Origin: an uncultured virus (IMG/VR IMGVR_UViG_3300021256_000060)
Taxonomy: Duplodnaviria > Heunggongvirae > Uroviricota > Caudoviricetes
Reading direction: 5' to 3' (one strand)
Virus record (IMG/VR): IMGVR_UViG_3300021256_000060
DNA: 64,000 nt
Position 1 is the first letter of the stretch. The number at the start of each line of letters is the position of its first letter. Shown here piece after piece: positions 17,962 through 28,569 of the stretch. A program made the translations under genes and the position numbers. The notes beneath the pieces were generated by a model. The model made no database searches. It saw nothing but the letters and a program-made list of their open reading frames with translations, and had not been told where the DNA came from.

Positions 17962-18270
17962 TTACTTCTCCTTATCGTGTTCTACGAATACAATCTTGCC
18001 CTCTAATGCTCCTAAGTTAGAGGATTCTCTAAACTCATAGGACTTTGGTTTATATCCAGGCTCTGCATCTTCAGTAAGATACCAGAGATTACTCTCCTTG
18101 GGTTCCCATTGTACTGTATAGGGAACTAACTTCTTACCAGCAGGGATATCTATGGTAGTAGTACCGCCAAATCTCTTAGTTACGTATTGAGCATTTAGCA
18201 TATAGAATGTCCCTACCATTACCACTACCAAGAAGACAATGAATCCTAAACATCCTTTTCTTTGGTTCAT
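17962..18270 (-). CDS. membrane-anchored hypothetical protein
   Basis: N-terminal TM; TKRFGGTTTIDIP...KL...WE...LWYLT. Confidence 0.65.
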   Translation of the reverse strand: MNQRKGCLGFIVFLVVVMVGTFYMLNAQYVTKRFGGTTTIDIPAGKKLVPYTVQWEPKESNLWYLTEDAEPGYKPKSYEFRESSNLGALEGKIVFVEHDKEK

Positions 18271-18289
18271 TCTATACCCTCTTTCTCCT

Positions 18290-18691
18290 TTATCTCTTTT
18301 CCAATGTTTCTACTCTGTGTTTCAGACTATTAAACGATTCTACATAAGCTTTTCTCAACTGTTCTGATGTCTCTAGATCATCCTTATACAACTTTAACGT
18401 TTCTGAATAATGATTATCTAGTTCTTTGGTATTATCTATGACCTCTCGTAATTCCTTAGCCTCTTTAGATACTATACATAGCTTAATATAGCTTATAGTG
18501 TAAAAGGCTAAAACCATGAGTATTATAAATCTAACTAACTCATAGTTCTCTCCGGCAATATTTTTAAATTCATCTCCAAAGATCACTGTAATAGTGAATG
18601 AGACTAGTATGATATACATTAAGTCGTCTTTATCATAGACCTTAAGTAATATCTCAATCAGACCCTTAGACTTCTTTTTCTCATTATCCAT
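18290..18691 (-). CDS. two-TM membrane protein with C-terminal coiled coil
   Basis: two hydrophobic segments. Confidence 0.6.
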   Translation of the reverse strand: MDNEKKKSKGLIEILLKVYDKDDLMYIILVSFTITVIFGDEFKNIAGENYELVRFIILMVLAFYTISYIKLCIVSKEAKELREVIDNTKELDNHYSETLKLYKDDLETSEQLRKAYVESFNSLKHRVETLEKR

Positions 18692-19265
18692 TGTTTACCT
18701 CCAGTTTAGAACGATTTATCTTTCTTCTACAATACAGCGAAGCATGCTCAATCATTTTGATAACGATTTTATTCAACTTAGTGTTGGGATCGTTCATAAC
18801 CTCCTCCAAGAAGAATCGGATTTCACCATTCATAACGTTATCATATTTGGTCTTAGAGGTATACCCTTTGTTAATATGGCCAGCCAGACCATTTATGATT
18901 AGAAGATATTCAGCAAAAGACACTAGGTCCTCACTAAATATATTAGTCAGTTTATTATCGAAACCATCTACCTCCAAAGCAACTTGCTCCATCTCATCCC
19001 CAATGAACAGATCGATCATCTCTTTTATGATCTGATCTTTGTACTTATTATCTTTTATATCTAGGCCAGTGAGCTGTCTTTTAGTCTTGCCCATATACTC
19101 TGCCAGCTTATCTATATATAGATAAGTTATACCTCTTGTGATCTGATCATCAAACTTCTCATCACACTTTCTGAGATATTCAGATTTAGAGGTCACCTCC
19201 TCTAATACAATTCTACGTACTCCAAAGAATACACTTTCGTTGATTCCATCTGTGGTCCATTCCAT
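18684..19265 (-). CDS. hypothetical protein
   Basis: ORF with SD. Confidence 0.6.
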   Translation of the reverse strand: MEWTTDGINESVFFGVRRIVLEEVTSKSEYLRKCDEKFDDQITRGITYLYIDKLAEYMGKTKRQLTGLDIKDNKYKDQIIKEMIDLFIGDEMEQVALEVDGFDNKLTNIFSEDLVSFAEYLLIINGLAGHINKGYTSKTKYDNVMNGEIRFFLEEVMNDPNTKLNKIVIKMIEHASLYCRRKINRSKLEVNNG

Positions 19266-19340
19266 TTCTTTTTCCTCCTAATATATGTATATAGAATATA
19301 ATATAGGCTAGGGAATTAACCCTAGCCTACAATTACCCAC

Positions 19341-19769
19341 TCAATTACCGACAATAACTTGTTCTATCAAGTCATGATGGTTCAGAGCCATGAACTTCAT
19401 ATCCTCAGCAGAATTGCTCAGATACATGATTAACAGTTCAGAACCAATCAACTCACCAATAGAACACTTATGTGCCTTGGCCAAGATCTTAAGAGCCTCA
19501 GCCTGATTTTCGGTTAATGTGATACTAATGCGCTTCTTCTCAGACACGACAGATTTCTTCTTTTCAGCCATTTGTTCCATCAACTCATCCCGATTCTGAA
19601 GAGCTGTAGTTAGCTTGTTAGCCGGAGCTCCTTTTGGGACTGGTTTGATATCGACTGGAATATGAGACTTGGTTGATACCTTTGGCTCTTTCTTTTTAGT
19701 AGATGTAGCTTTGGGTTTTGGTTTGGTATCCTTCGTCTTCTTCGTAGTCGATTTCTTTGCTGTTGCCAT
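19341..19769 (-). CDS. ribbon-helix-helix DNA-binding protein with Lys-rich N-terminal tail
   Basis: RISITLTENQAEALKILAKAHKCSIGELI. Confidence 0.6.
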   Translation of the reverse strand: MATAKKSTTKKTKDTKPKPKATSTKKKEPKVSTKSHIPVDIKPVPKGAPANKLTTALQNRDELMEQMAEKKKSVVSEKKRISITLTENQAEALKILAKAHKCSIGELIGSELLIMYLSNSAEDMKFMALNHHDLIEQVIVGN

Positions 19770-20006
19770 GATAGTTACCTCCTAATGATTTGAATTTGTA
19801 CTCATACCCATCATCTATATCATACTCTTCATGATCACGAGTAATATAGAATCTGGGATACATAGTAGCATAATGAAGTTGACTTGCTGTAATACACATA
19901 TTGCTTACCTCTACTCTCTGTCTGCCAAGACATAAGCAATCACACTGCCTACAGCTAGTACAACCACGATAACCGTCCCGACATCCATATTTATTTCCCC
20001 CTTACA

Positions 20007-22706
20007 CTATCTGGCTCTGGTAAAATCGGCAATAATATTAGCACCAGAATTTAGCAGTGCTTTATATTGCTCAATATTCTGAAGCCTTGTTATTATCAAG
20101 TCACAATTAGAGAGATCTAACTCTACGTTATGAGAGATAATAACTGCCTGATCAAAGTTCAGGATTTGCATAATAGTGTAAACTAAACTAAAGAACCTCA
20201 ATCTATTGTCATTGTCGAGATTATTATCTACCTCGTCTAATCTGATTATATTGAACTTCTCAGATGCATTATGCAATAAGACGAAGCTAATAATCATGGA
20301 TAATTGTCCTAGCTGAGAGGCACTCATCATACTGATATCTGGACGTATGCTACCAGTCTCACTATCATAGAAGCTGATCAAGAAATCATCTGCAGTGATC
20401 TCGAACTTCTCTAAAGAGAATCGTCCACCAAACATCATTGCCGATAACTGATTAACCATACTGAGTATTTGATTCATAGTATAATCCATAATCTCAGCCT
20501 GAATACCATTGATCCCTACAGACTGTTTTACCATTTCGATTTTATCGTATAATTGATTATAGTCATTATAATCTTTTCTATACTGCTCGAATAAAACCAT
20601 CTGATACTTGGCTTGTTCTATCTGTTTCTGTAGGTCTGGTATAGATATCATAGACACATCATTGTATTCTATATTAACGGAATTAAGATCCTCCTCATAT
20701 TTCTTGTATAGCTCTACATTATTCAACATAGAATCTATATCTTGAGAGATTTTCTTTATCTCTTCGGAAAACGTCTCATATTCGCGTTTAATAGCCTTTG
20801 CTGTGTTCAGATACTCGACCCTTTGTTTCACGCTTAAAATGGAATTTTGGGTATCTCTAAATAAGGCGAGTGCGCTTTGTTTAGAACCAACTAACTCGTT
20901 TAATCTAGCACTTTTGTCTTCTACGGAACGTTGTAACATCCAACTTTCTTTATTTTGATTTGTTAGACTAGATATCTTCTCTTTAAGAGTCATTATATCT
21001 GCACTAGTACTACTTATTAGATTAACGTAATTAGTGTATTCTTTATAAGCAGATACGTTTATATCTAGCTGCTTTAGTCCTACTATACAATCTACGATAT
21101 GCTTAGTATCCAATACATTTTCTGTATTTGGAAACTTCTTTAGTAGTTTGCTTAGACTAGATATATATTTCACTATATCTCTTACTTGATGAACGCAAGA
21201 TATTAGCTCATCTTGTTCCTTTAGCATTTTCTTAGCATCATCAAGAGAAGATACTAATTCTTCTCTCATTCTTCTAGCCTGCTCATACTGATCATCTGTC
21301 ATCATAGAGTTTCTATCTCTTACTAGACTATTGATGAATGGACAGTCATCTAGATGATTACAATCTTTAGGAATCTTAGCATAATCCTCAGTCCTATTTA
21401 TCAGATCCATCTGGGTAGATATACTACTCTTAACCTCGTCTAGTTTCAGTTCTAAAGATGTTATTAGTTTAGAGTAGTCATTCACCTTAGGATCACAGTT
21501 AATGTACTGGATACTCTTAGATAACAATCCAGGAGTGAATTGGTTTCCTAATACACTAATGGTATTATTGAATCTCTCTATAGCTCCTACAGCTACAGTA
21601 TATTCCCCCTCTGTAATATTATTATACTCATGAAACCCTAGCTTCTCAAAGCATTCGATATAAAATTTCATCTTCTTCTCAGCTTGTTGTAATCTATTCT
21701 GAGTATCTTCCAATAAACCAGGATCGAATAGAGATTTCAGCTTAATAGTATCAGCTTCTAGATCACTTCTTAGATCAGATTCCATTTTAGTAATCTTATC
21801 TAACTCTTCTTTATAGTGTTCTAGTTTAGTCTCTAGTTGTATTTCTTCTTTCTCTTTTTCTTTTAATTCTAGCTCGTCAAAGTTCTTAGCCTCATCTGGA
21901 ATATCATCTATTTTATTTTGCATATCTCTTCTCTTATTCAAGAGATCAGTATATATCTTTATAGGACTACCATCTTTGTCTAAGAGATTCATATTAGCTT
22001 TAATCTCTGATTGCTTAGCTAATAACTCATCTCTCTTTCTTTCTAATATCTTTAGTTCATGACCATTCTTATCTAGATTAGCTTTGATTACTTCTATATT
22101 TCCTAATTGAGATAATTTAGCATTTAATGCTGTTATCATAGATCTTAGAGTACTATGTTTAGCGGCTAGGGTTTTATACATTTTTGCATATGGAGCTATA
22201 GCACTAACTATAAGAGCCATAAACCGTTTCCTTTCTCCTGGCTTCATAGCCCCAATACCTTTACTATTGGCTGATATAGCTGATAGTGCCATATAATCAT
22301 CATTGATATCTAATAAATCACAGATGATATCCTTACCACTAGTCATATTACCATTTGGGTTTAATTCTATTACATTCCCATCTGGATATATTCTTTGGAT
22401 AAAGCATTTACTACCTTTGCTTCTAGTTGTTCTTCCCTTATATCCATTATAGGTTATAGCTAATATGGTACCATCATTGAGATCAAACTCAATAGTCTTA
22501 ATGATATCAGTGTCCTCCATGAATACATTTGGATTTGAAAAGAATGGATGCAATTCGTTTATTATGCTTGATTTACCACTACCATTCTCAGATCTGATTA
22601 CTACTATACGATTCTTACACTTAGTAAAATCGATATTGATCTCAGATCTATTCATTGCATTCATGATATTAGCATATCCTCTTAGATATAACCGTCGTAA
22701 TCTCAT
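20007..22706 (-). CDS. sbcC: SbcC/Rad50-like SMC ATPase
   Basis: Walker A ENGSGKS, long coiled coils, central CNHLDDCPF hook, MSASQ signature, IRLDEVD Walker B, IISH. Confidence 0.85.
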   Translation of the reverse strand: MRLRRLYLRGYANIMNAMNRSEINIDFTKCKNRIVVIRSENGSGKSSIINELHPFFSNPNVFMEDTDIIKTIEFDLNDGTILAITYNGYKGRTTRSKGSKCFIQRIYPDGNVIELNPNGNMTSGKDIICDLLDINDDYMALSAISANSKGIGAMKPGERKRFMALIVSAIAPYAKMYKTLAAKHSTLRSMITALNAKLSQLGNIEVIKANLDKNGHELKILERKRDELLAKQSEIKANMNLLDKDGSPIKIYTDLLNKRRDMQNKIDDIPDEAKNFDELELKEKEKEEIQLETKLEHYKEELDKITKMESDLRSDLEADTIKLKSLFDPGLLEDTQNRLQQAEKKMKFYIECFEKLGFHEYNNITEGEYTVAVGAIERFNNTISVLGNQFTPGLLSKSIQYINCDPKVNDYSKLITSLELKLDEVKSSISTQMDLINRTEDYAKIPKDCNHLDDCPFINSLVRDRNSMMTDDQYEQARRMREELVSSLDDAKKMLKEQDELISCVHQVRDIVKYISSLSKLLKKFPNTENVLDTKHIVDCIVGLKQLDINVSAYKEYTNYVNLISSTSADIMTLKEKISSLTNQNKESWMLQRSVEDKSARLNELVGSKQSALALFRDTQNSILSVKQRVEYLNTAKAIKREYETFSEEIKKISQDIDSMLNNVELYKKYEEDLNSVNIEYNDVSMISIPDLQKQIEQAKYQMVLFEQYRKDYNDYNQLYDKIEMVKQSVGINGIQAEIMDYTMNQILSMVNQLSAMMFGGRFSLEKFEITADDFLISFYDSETGSIRPDISMMSASQLGQLSMIISFVLLHNASEKFNIIRLDEVDNNLDNDNRLRFFSLVYTIMQILNFDQAVIISHNVELDLSNCDLIITRLQNIEQYKALLNSGANIIADFTRAR

Positions 22707-22849
22707 TTAATCACCTCTCAGGATAATTTATGATAGGATATTTCTTACATAGCTCTAGGGAAGTTCTTTCTGAATAAGATATTACAATTTTATTAGTTGA
22801 AAGTATACCTGTATCATCAATTAAAATTATGGATACAGTTCCTAATTTT

Positions 22850-23152
22850 TTAGCTTTCGCTTTCATTCTTTTTCGGGTATTCATAACTAGTTTCGACTCC
22901 TTTCAACCAAAGACATTCTACTTCTTTTATAATACTACCATTAGGCTCTGTTATCTGTACTCTAACATTCCTTTTCTTCTTCTTTGATTTAAACCATGAT
23001 TTACGGTTTATAATAGGGCATCTAATACTAAGTAAATTATTTCTCAACCAAGTAGTATAATTTTGTGTTTCAGAATTGGTTGCAAGTCTATAGGCGAAAT
23101 AGTGCTGTCTTTGTTTTATTAATTTATTTACTAATCTTGATCTTATATTCAT
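22850..23152 (-). CDS. basic hypothetical protein
   Basis: ORF only. Confidence 0.4.
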   Translation of the reverse strand: MNIRSRLVNKLIKQRQHYFAYRLATNSETQNYTTWLRNNLLSIRCPIINRKSWFKSKKKKRNVRVQITEPNGSIIKEVECLWLKGVETSYEYPKKNESES

Positions 23153-23426
23153 ATATTGTTTATCTCCATTTCTTTCTCAAAAATCTATGTGGTTCTCGTT
23201 TCTGATGAATTCTTATATTTTTGCATCTAGATATGTTCATGACTTGGATTTTAGGATCATCATAAATAGTATCTTGACTTTGATGATATATTTTATGATA
23301 TGCGTTAAATATATTTTTCAATCTATTATTCATAATATCACTTCCTTTATAGTGCTGTTTTTGAATATATCAAATATGAGGGAGAGTAGGTTAAATCCTA
23401 CTCTCCTCACTATTATAGTATATGAT

Positions 23427-23726
23427 TCAAAATCTAATTTCGTATACCAAGGCTCCTAGACAGTCAGCAGCGAAATCTCCACTATCCCATCTATCATCCA
23501 CTACCAATTCTTTAGCAGCACCGATTGCTGCTACTGTAAGAAATCTTTCAAAGGCACTCATCTTAGTATGTCTAGCTAACTGATCATTGATCAGATATGA
23601 CACAGCAAAATGAGCAGCCTTATCAGCTCCAATATTATCTTGAATATTATGAATTACGTTTGCGTTACACTGGGTAGGAATAATAAGGGTAACTGCAAAC
23701 AACATAGCAAGAAACCACTTCTTCAT
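23427..23726 (-). CDS. secreted/membrane protein, YfiM/VanZ-like
   Basis: signal peptide; DKAAHF...GAAKE..D...GDFAAD.LG. Confidence 0.6.
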   Translation of the reverse strand: MKKWFLAMLFAVTLIIPTQCNANVIHNIQDNIGADKAAHFAVSYLINDQLARHTKMSAFERFLTVAAIGAAKELVVDDRWDSGDFAADCLGALVYEIRF

Positions 23727-23750
23727 AATTCTCCCCCACTTTAAATTCTC

Positions 23751-24125
23751 TTATTCGTCCCAAGTTACGGTGAAACCAATTGCAGTATTGTCTTCCATAA
23801 CTTCTCTTACTACATATCCCAAAACAAATAAGTTGTTAATAACTGCTCCTCTTAGTTTAGGTTTGAAATCCATGGAAGCAGATGCGTATAATACACTCAG
23901 TGAGTATTTACCCTTAATGGCTTGGGCTTTGATTCGATTAAGAACTCTAGCAGTCAATATATTGATATTCTCCTCATCAGTATAAGTGTCTGCCTTTGCC
24001 GATAGTTCTTTCATCTTAGTAGCAGTGAAGTCATCAAAATCAACTACTACCTCTTCTTTAGTATCTTCATTTTCCGCTCCAGTTCCCTCTTTGGGAACAT
24101 TGTTTAATTGTTCTTCATCAGCCAT
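23751..24125 (-). CDS. hypothetical protein
   Basis: ORF with SD; C-terminus similar to 47890..48195 (GY...I/VxW). Confidence 0.6.
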   Translation of the reverse strand: MADEEQLNNVPKEGTGAENEDTKEEVVVDFDDFTATKMKELSAKADTYTDEENINILTARVLNRIKAQAIKGKYSLSVLYASASMDFKPKLRGAVINNLFVLGYVVREVMEDNTAIGFTVTWDE

Positions 24126-24210
24126 AGTATAACTCCTTTCTATATCAATTTACACTGTTGTCTAAGAAAAATAAAACACGAGGAGCATTACGCCCCTCGT
24201 GCCTATATTA

Positions 24211-24756
24211 TTAGCCAAGAATGGTTTCGAACTTAACACTCTTAGTCAGTTCATTAGTTGTCAACAGAACTACCTTCTTGCTAGTACCAGGAGCTACAGC
24301 CTGAGACTCAGCAACGAAGATGTAATCCGTGCCTTTAGTGATCTGAGTAGCCAGCAGAGCAAACGGTTCTACATTAGAACCAACGAACCCTGCCATGCAA
24401 ACATCATAGGATGCTTTTGCATCAGCCGGGATATTAGTCTTAACGTCGATCTTAACTCCACCAAGACCTTCATAGCCTTCTACTACCGGAGTGATGGATA
24501 CGAGAGAGAATGTTTCCTCTTTCTCATTCAGAACGATAATGACTACATTCTTAGTGTCACGGCCAGTAGTCAGCAGCTGTTCAGCAAGGATAGCATGGTT
24601 GACACTATCACTTACTAACTGTTCACCCAGATAAGCAATCGGAGTATATTCAGCTCCAAAGAATTTGGAGAAGACGTCATAGAAAGCACTAGCTACTTTT
24701 TCAGGCATCTTACCAACAGCAACATTTACATTCCAACCACCAAGTACATTCGACAT
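24211..24756 (-). CDS. hypothetical protein made of two tandem homologous domains
   Basis: LGG..V/I...A...GxxxxPxAxL..Q repeated twice. Confidence 0.65.
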   Translation of the reverse strand: MSNVLGGWNVNVAVGKMPEKVASAFYDVFSKFFGAEYTPIAYLGEQLVSDSVNHAILAEQLLTTGRDTKNVVIIVLNEKEETFSLVSITPVVEGYEGLGGVKIDVKTNIPADAKASYDVCMAGFVGSNVEPFALLATQITKGTDYIFVAESQAVAPGTSKKVVLLTTNELTKSVKFETILG

Positions 24757-24854
24757 TAGAATTCCTCCTTACACAAAAAAGATTGAATGCAATTATGATT
24801 ATGTATTCCTTATAAAAAAGAAAAGAGAGGAGAATAACTCCCCTCCAATCTTAT

Positions 24855-25325
24855 TTATTTCTTTTCGGATTTCTTTTGCTCAATCAGGATATCTCTAACC
24901 TTCATAAGAGCTTTGCCAAGAGCGTTGTACCCCTTACCAGTATCTTGACGTACTCCAATCCAGTCATCCATATGAGTAACCACATGTATCAGATTCTTAG
25001 GATAAGTAGCAATCAACCAGTTTGCCAAAACATGATTCTTGAACTTCAGTAATAATACCTTTTCTAAGTAGAACTCTTTGTTCTCCTCATAATCCTCATT
25101 ATAAGGAAGATTTGCTACTTTCTGTCTAGCTTTATTAGGACTAAGTCTAGCAATCTTTCTCATTATCTTGGGATTAGTACTCTTGAGAGCATAGAATAGA
25201 GTAGCAGCGCATGGGTACGTTTCTCCTTCATACTCAATAGCACTTGGGAACTCCAAGGTCAAATACTTATAACCCGTTTTTACGAAGTCGCGAATCTCTC
25301 CATTAGTTCTGCTTACCGTTGACAT
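24855..25325 (-). CDS. NADAR (YbiA-like) domain protein with degenerate active-site motifs
   Basis: IEYEGETYP...YALK, LKF...LIAT, DDWIG...GKGYNALGKALMKVR. Confidence 0.8.
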   Translation of the reverse strand: MSTVSRTNGEIRDFVKTGYKYLTLEFPSAIEYEGETYPCAATLFYALKSTNPKIMRKIARLSPNKARQKVANLPYNEDYEENKEFYLEKVLLLKFKNHVLANWLIATYPKNLIHVVTHMDDWIGVRQDTGKGYNALGKALMKVRDILIEQKKSEKK

Positions 25326-26228
25326 TTACTTTTCCTCTCCATTCTTTCTAGTTTTAATTATTTGAATCAGCTTAACCAGAGTTATTGCTGGATCGCTGTT
25401 TTCATTCTCATCTAGACACTTCATAGTCTCCATCAGTTTATCGTGTTTCTCAGGATGCTCGGTGAACATATCTGTGCTTACAACCCAAGCTTCATATTCT
25501 GCTAGCTGATACATCATCGGTCTAGCAATACGTTGTATCTTGGTCTCTTCATCAGTAATGTTATTCTCTATCTTTCTATCCACGATAGTACTGTAGTAGT
25601 TAAACCCAGTCAACAACTCTTTGAGTGAATTATCTCTTAACATATCATACGGATAGATATTGAATCTATTGATATAAGACAGTATCATGACTTCTACAAA
25701 GTCCTTGAGGTCTTCATACACTGTCTCTTGAATATATCCCCAGAACTTCTCTCTATCGGTCAGTTCATTTGTCTCTCTAGTACCGTCTGGATTCCATACG
25801 CTACTCATGTGTCTAAAGGACTGGGTGATTACATCTTCTAAGATTATGAATGATCCGTATTTGTGTGCCATATCAGGAATATGGAAGATGCACTTACCCA
25901 TATCCTGTGCTTCGTGTTTCTCGAGTACATCAGTATATGTATCCTCATTGAGAATAGTCTTACCGATATTGACTCCTCTTACCATGTATAGACCAAAGTT
26001 ATCAGCATCCTCTTCATTAAAGGAATCGGTAGAGAGTATTCTAATGAACCACCCTTCTCTAAAGAATACGTTGTTAGGATATATTGTCTCCAGTATTGTT
26101 CTTACCCTTTCTTGTTCTTCTTTACCCATCCACTTAGAGATTGGATTAGCATGCAATATTCTATCCCTTACAAACGTACCTACTTTAAACGGATTTGGAC
26201 CAAGATCTTTAACCATCACTTCTGCCAT
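25326..26228 (-). CDS. hypothetical protein
   Basis: long ORF with GGGG SD before MAEV. Confidence 0.6.
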   Translation of the reverse strand: MAEVMVKDLGPNPFKVGTFVRDRILHANPISKWMGKEEQERVRTILETIYPNNVFFREGWFIRILSTDSFNEEDADNFGLYMVRGVNIGKTILNEDTYTDVLEKHEAQDMGKCIFHIPDMAHKYGSFIILEDVITQSFRHMSSVWNPDGTRETNELTDREKFWGYIQETVYEDLKDFVEVMILSYINRFNIYPYDMLRDNSLKELLTGFNYYSTIVDRKIENNITDEETKIQRIARPMMYQLAEYEAWVVSTDMFTEHPEKHDKLMETMKCLDENENSDPAITLVKLIQIIKTRKNGEEK

Positions 26229-26232
26229 CAAA

Positions 26233-26538
26233 TTATCCCCTTTCATCTACATAACCTATCAGGTTCATACCCTTTTTATTTATTCTCTCCTGATCTTCTA
26301 CTAGCTTGTAGTATTCAGGAGTTGTGATACCATAAATAGAGCTAGTCAATCTAACCTTATTATTACATGTCGGGCATACCCCAGTAATATCTTTATCTTC
26401 TCCGATGATCCTTTCTAGAGTTCTCCCACCAGCAGATGGTAATCCTAACTGATATACGCTAGTCAAGTACAGTAACCGAGAACCACATTTTGGACACAAG
26501 CCAAAGTCTCTAGTCACTACTTCTTTCATCTTTTTCAC
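26233..26538 (-). CDS. zinc-finger protein
   Basis: CPKC and CPTC pairs. Confidence 0.6.
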   Translation of the reverse strand: MKKMKEVVTRDFGLCPKCGSRLLYLTSVYQLGLPSAGGRTLERIIGEDKDITGVCPTCNNKVRLTSSIYGITTPEYYKLVEDQERINKKGMNLIGYVDERG

Positions 26539-26812
26539 CTTCCTCCGGTTCTGTTATTAATACGCTCTCAAAATATCTAGCATGTGCTTTTAGAGACTCG
26601 AATGGATTATCATATTCTTTATTCTCCATTTCTAAAATCTCTTGTCTTGTTTTCTCAAGAACTTCTTTATCAATTCCATATGTATCATGAATCTCATCAA
26701 TCATCTGCTTATCAGAATGGCTTTGTATTATCATTTGCAGTATTGTAACAGCAGCTATTCTTGCTAGAGTATCTTTATCTAATTCAATCAATTTCTTTTT
26801 TAATGGATGCAT
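26510..26812 (-). CDS. hypothetical protein
   Basis: ORF with GGAGG SD. Confidence 0.6.
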   Translation of the reverse strand: MHPLKKKLIELDKDTLARIAAVTILQMIIQSHSDKQMIDEIHDTYGIDKEVLEKTRQEILEMENKEYDNPFESLKAHARYFESVLITEPEEGEKDERSSD

Positions 26813-26902
26813 TCCAATTCCTCCCGTATTATAGTTATGACTGTGTTACTATAATCTTAATAAATTAAAGAGAGATAGCTATTATGCTATCTCTCTCATC
26901 TT

Positions 26903-27151
26903 TTATAATAAATGTCGCGTGTAATGGACTTTCCGAATGTCTCCTTCTCGTACTATAACCGAATCTGGATATGCTATCTTACTCTTATCTCTAATGATAC
27001 TAGTATAAGCTTTAGCAATACCACCTTCGGTCACAACAGTCCCTAGCTTGAAGTCATTACTACTCATTGTTTTAGTGACGCTCTTTAATTGGGCCGCTTC
27101 AGTCTTACTGTATATCCAATATCTTTTAAATATGCTATTAACGTCTGCCAT
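26903..27151 (-). CDS. hypothetical protein
   Basis: ORF with SD and terminator. Confidence 0.6.
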   Translation of the reverse strand: MADVNSIFKRYWIYSKTEAAQLKSVTKTMSSNDFKLGTVVTEGGIAKAYTSIIRDKSKIAYPDSVIVREGDIRKVHYTRHLL

Positions 27152-27202
27152 AATAATCACCCCTTAAAAAGAGTTGTATTCAAACTTTTACACTTATGTG
27201 AG

Positions 27203-27622
27203 TTATATCATTTCTCCAAGATGCTGAGTAGATCCAAATAAGGATTCGATTATCTTAAATATCTTTCCTCTACGTGGACTTCTAACGATAACATTAATCT
27301 TGACCCTATCTGTCATAATTAAGGTTATAACTCGTTGTAAGAAATGAGGATCCATAGCTTCAATGTACTTCTCCTCTTTTTCATTAATCATAATGTAACC
27401 ACGATCATCTTGTTTCAGTATCCACATCTTATCTCCTGGTAGGAATGAAAAATAGTTATATTGATACTCTTTGCTAGTTATGAATGATTTCCCTGGTCCT
27501 CTATCACAGTAACCAACATTAGTTCCATTAGATTTATAAGTCAAGATAAATATGTCACCATATCTAACCCCGTGTTCCCTTAATACTTCTTTTAATGGTC
27601 TAGCATTTATTGCTGCGTACAT
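27203..27622 (-). CDS. hypothetical protein, paralog of 27627..28106
   Basis: shared L...G(V/I)RYG(D/E).F..T..SNG motif. Confidence 0.55.
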   Translation of the reverse strand: MYAAINARPLKEVLREHGVRYGDIFILTYKSNGTNVGYCDRGPGKSFITSKEYQYNYFSFLPGDKMWILKQDDRGYIMINEKEEKYIEAMDPHFLQRVITLIMTDRVKINVIVRSPRRGKIFKIIESLFGSTQHLGEMI

Positions 27623-27626
27623 AATC

Positions 27627-28094
27627 TCACACCTTTATCTGTTTCCCTAACTTATCTTTACTGCAGATAGATAAACTGAGTAGCCTTACTAAGAAATTGC
27701 TTCTATAGCCAGTAGTTATAGGAACTACTTTTAGAGTACCACTTAATATACAATCTCTAATCTTATTCAGAAACTGATCTACTCGTTCTCTATCAGCAGG
27801 AGTGGAAATCCATGCTGGAGATCTAGTGATATGGGTGCAATTTTCGTATTTAGATCCATCTGGGTTGTATAGTTGTAACGTATCATTATACTCATTAGGA
27901 AGTTTAGATCCATAAAAACAGAATAGATCTATCATATATTCTGGATGACAATTACGCATTCTAGAATAGGAATGGGATATGTATCTACCATCACCATTAG
28001 AATGCGTGACCATAAATGGTTCTCCATACCTTATTCCTAGACTGTATAAGTATCTACCTAACTTCCTATTGTTGTCTTCAATCAATGTTACCAT
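27627..28094 (-). CDS. hypothetical protein
   Basis: GGAGG SD before MVTL; paralog of the downstream gene. Confidence 0.55.
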   Translation of the reverse strand: MVTLIEDNNRKLGRYLYSLGIRYGEPFMVTHSNGDGRYISHSYSRMRNCHPEYMIDLFCFYGSKLPNEYNDTLQLYNPDGSKYENCTHITRSPAWISTPADRERVDQFLNKIRDCILSGTLKVVPITTGYRSNFLVRLLSLSICSKDKLGKQIKV

Positions 28095-28115
28095 CCTCCT
28101 AACCAAAATGTGTAT

Positions 28116-28298
28116 TTAGTTTAATAAACTCATTAGATGATCATATTGAGTTCCAGATAGCCTATTGTCATCATATGCTTCTTGGATCTTATACTGAAGC
28201 TCTTCTTCAGTTATACTCACGTTTTCACCATCTACTACATCTGCTACCAATCTCAATAATTTATGATAGTCGCAAGGTTCAAAATAATTATCATACAT
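28116..28298 (-). CDS. small hypothetical protein
   Basis: ORF; C-terminus resembles 28307..28504 (EAY.....QY/C). Confidence 0.55.
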   Translation of the reverse strand: MYDNYFEPCDYHKLLRLVADVVDGENVSITEEELQYKIQEAYDDNRLSGTQYDHLMSLLN

Positions 28299-28306
28299 AA
28301 TGGCAC

Positions 28307-28504
28307 CTACTTTCCCTCTAGTACATCAAATATATTATTACACTGCTCTTTAGTAATTATATCATTGGCATAAGCCTCATACGCTTTAGCTTCTAAATTA
28401 AATCTACGATTCTTGACCTTACTATCATTTTCATCTAATTCGCTTATCTTTTTAGCTCTTCTCAAGTATTGATTATAAATGACATTAGGTCTAGTCTTTG
28501 CCAC
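28307..28504 (-). CDS. small hypothetical protein
   Basis: GTG-start ORF with SD. Confidence 0.5.
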   Translation of the reverse strand: MAKTRPNVIYNQYLRRAKKISELDENDSKVKNRRFNLEAKAYEAYANDIITKEQCNNIFDVLEGK

Positions 28505-28569
28505 TTCTTATCGCCCCATTTTAGAAAATAAAATAAGGGAGAGGGAATTATATCCCCTCCCCACTATAA

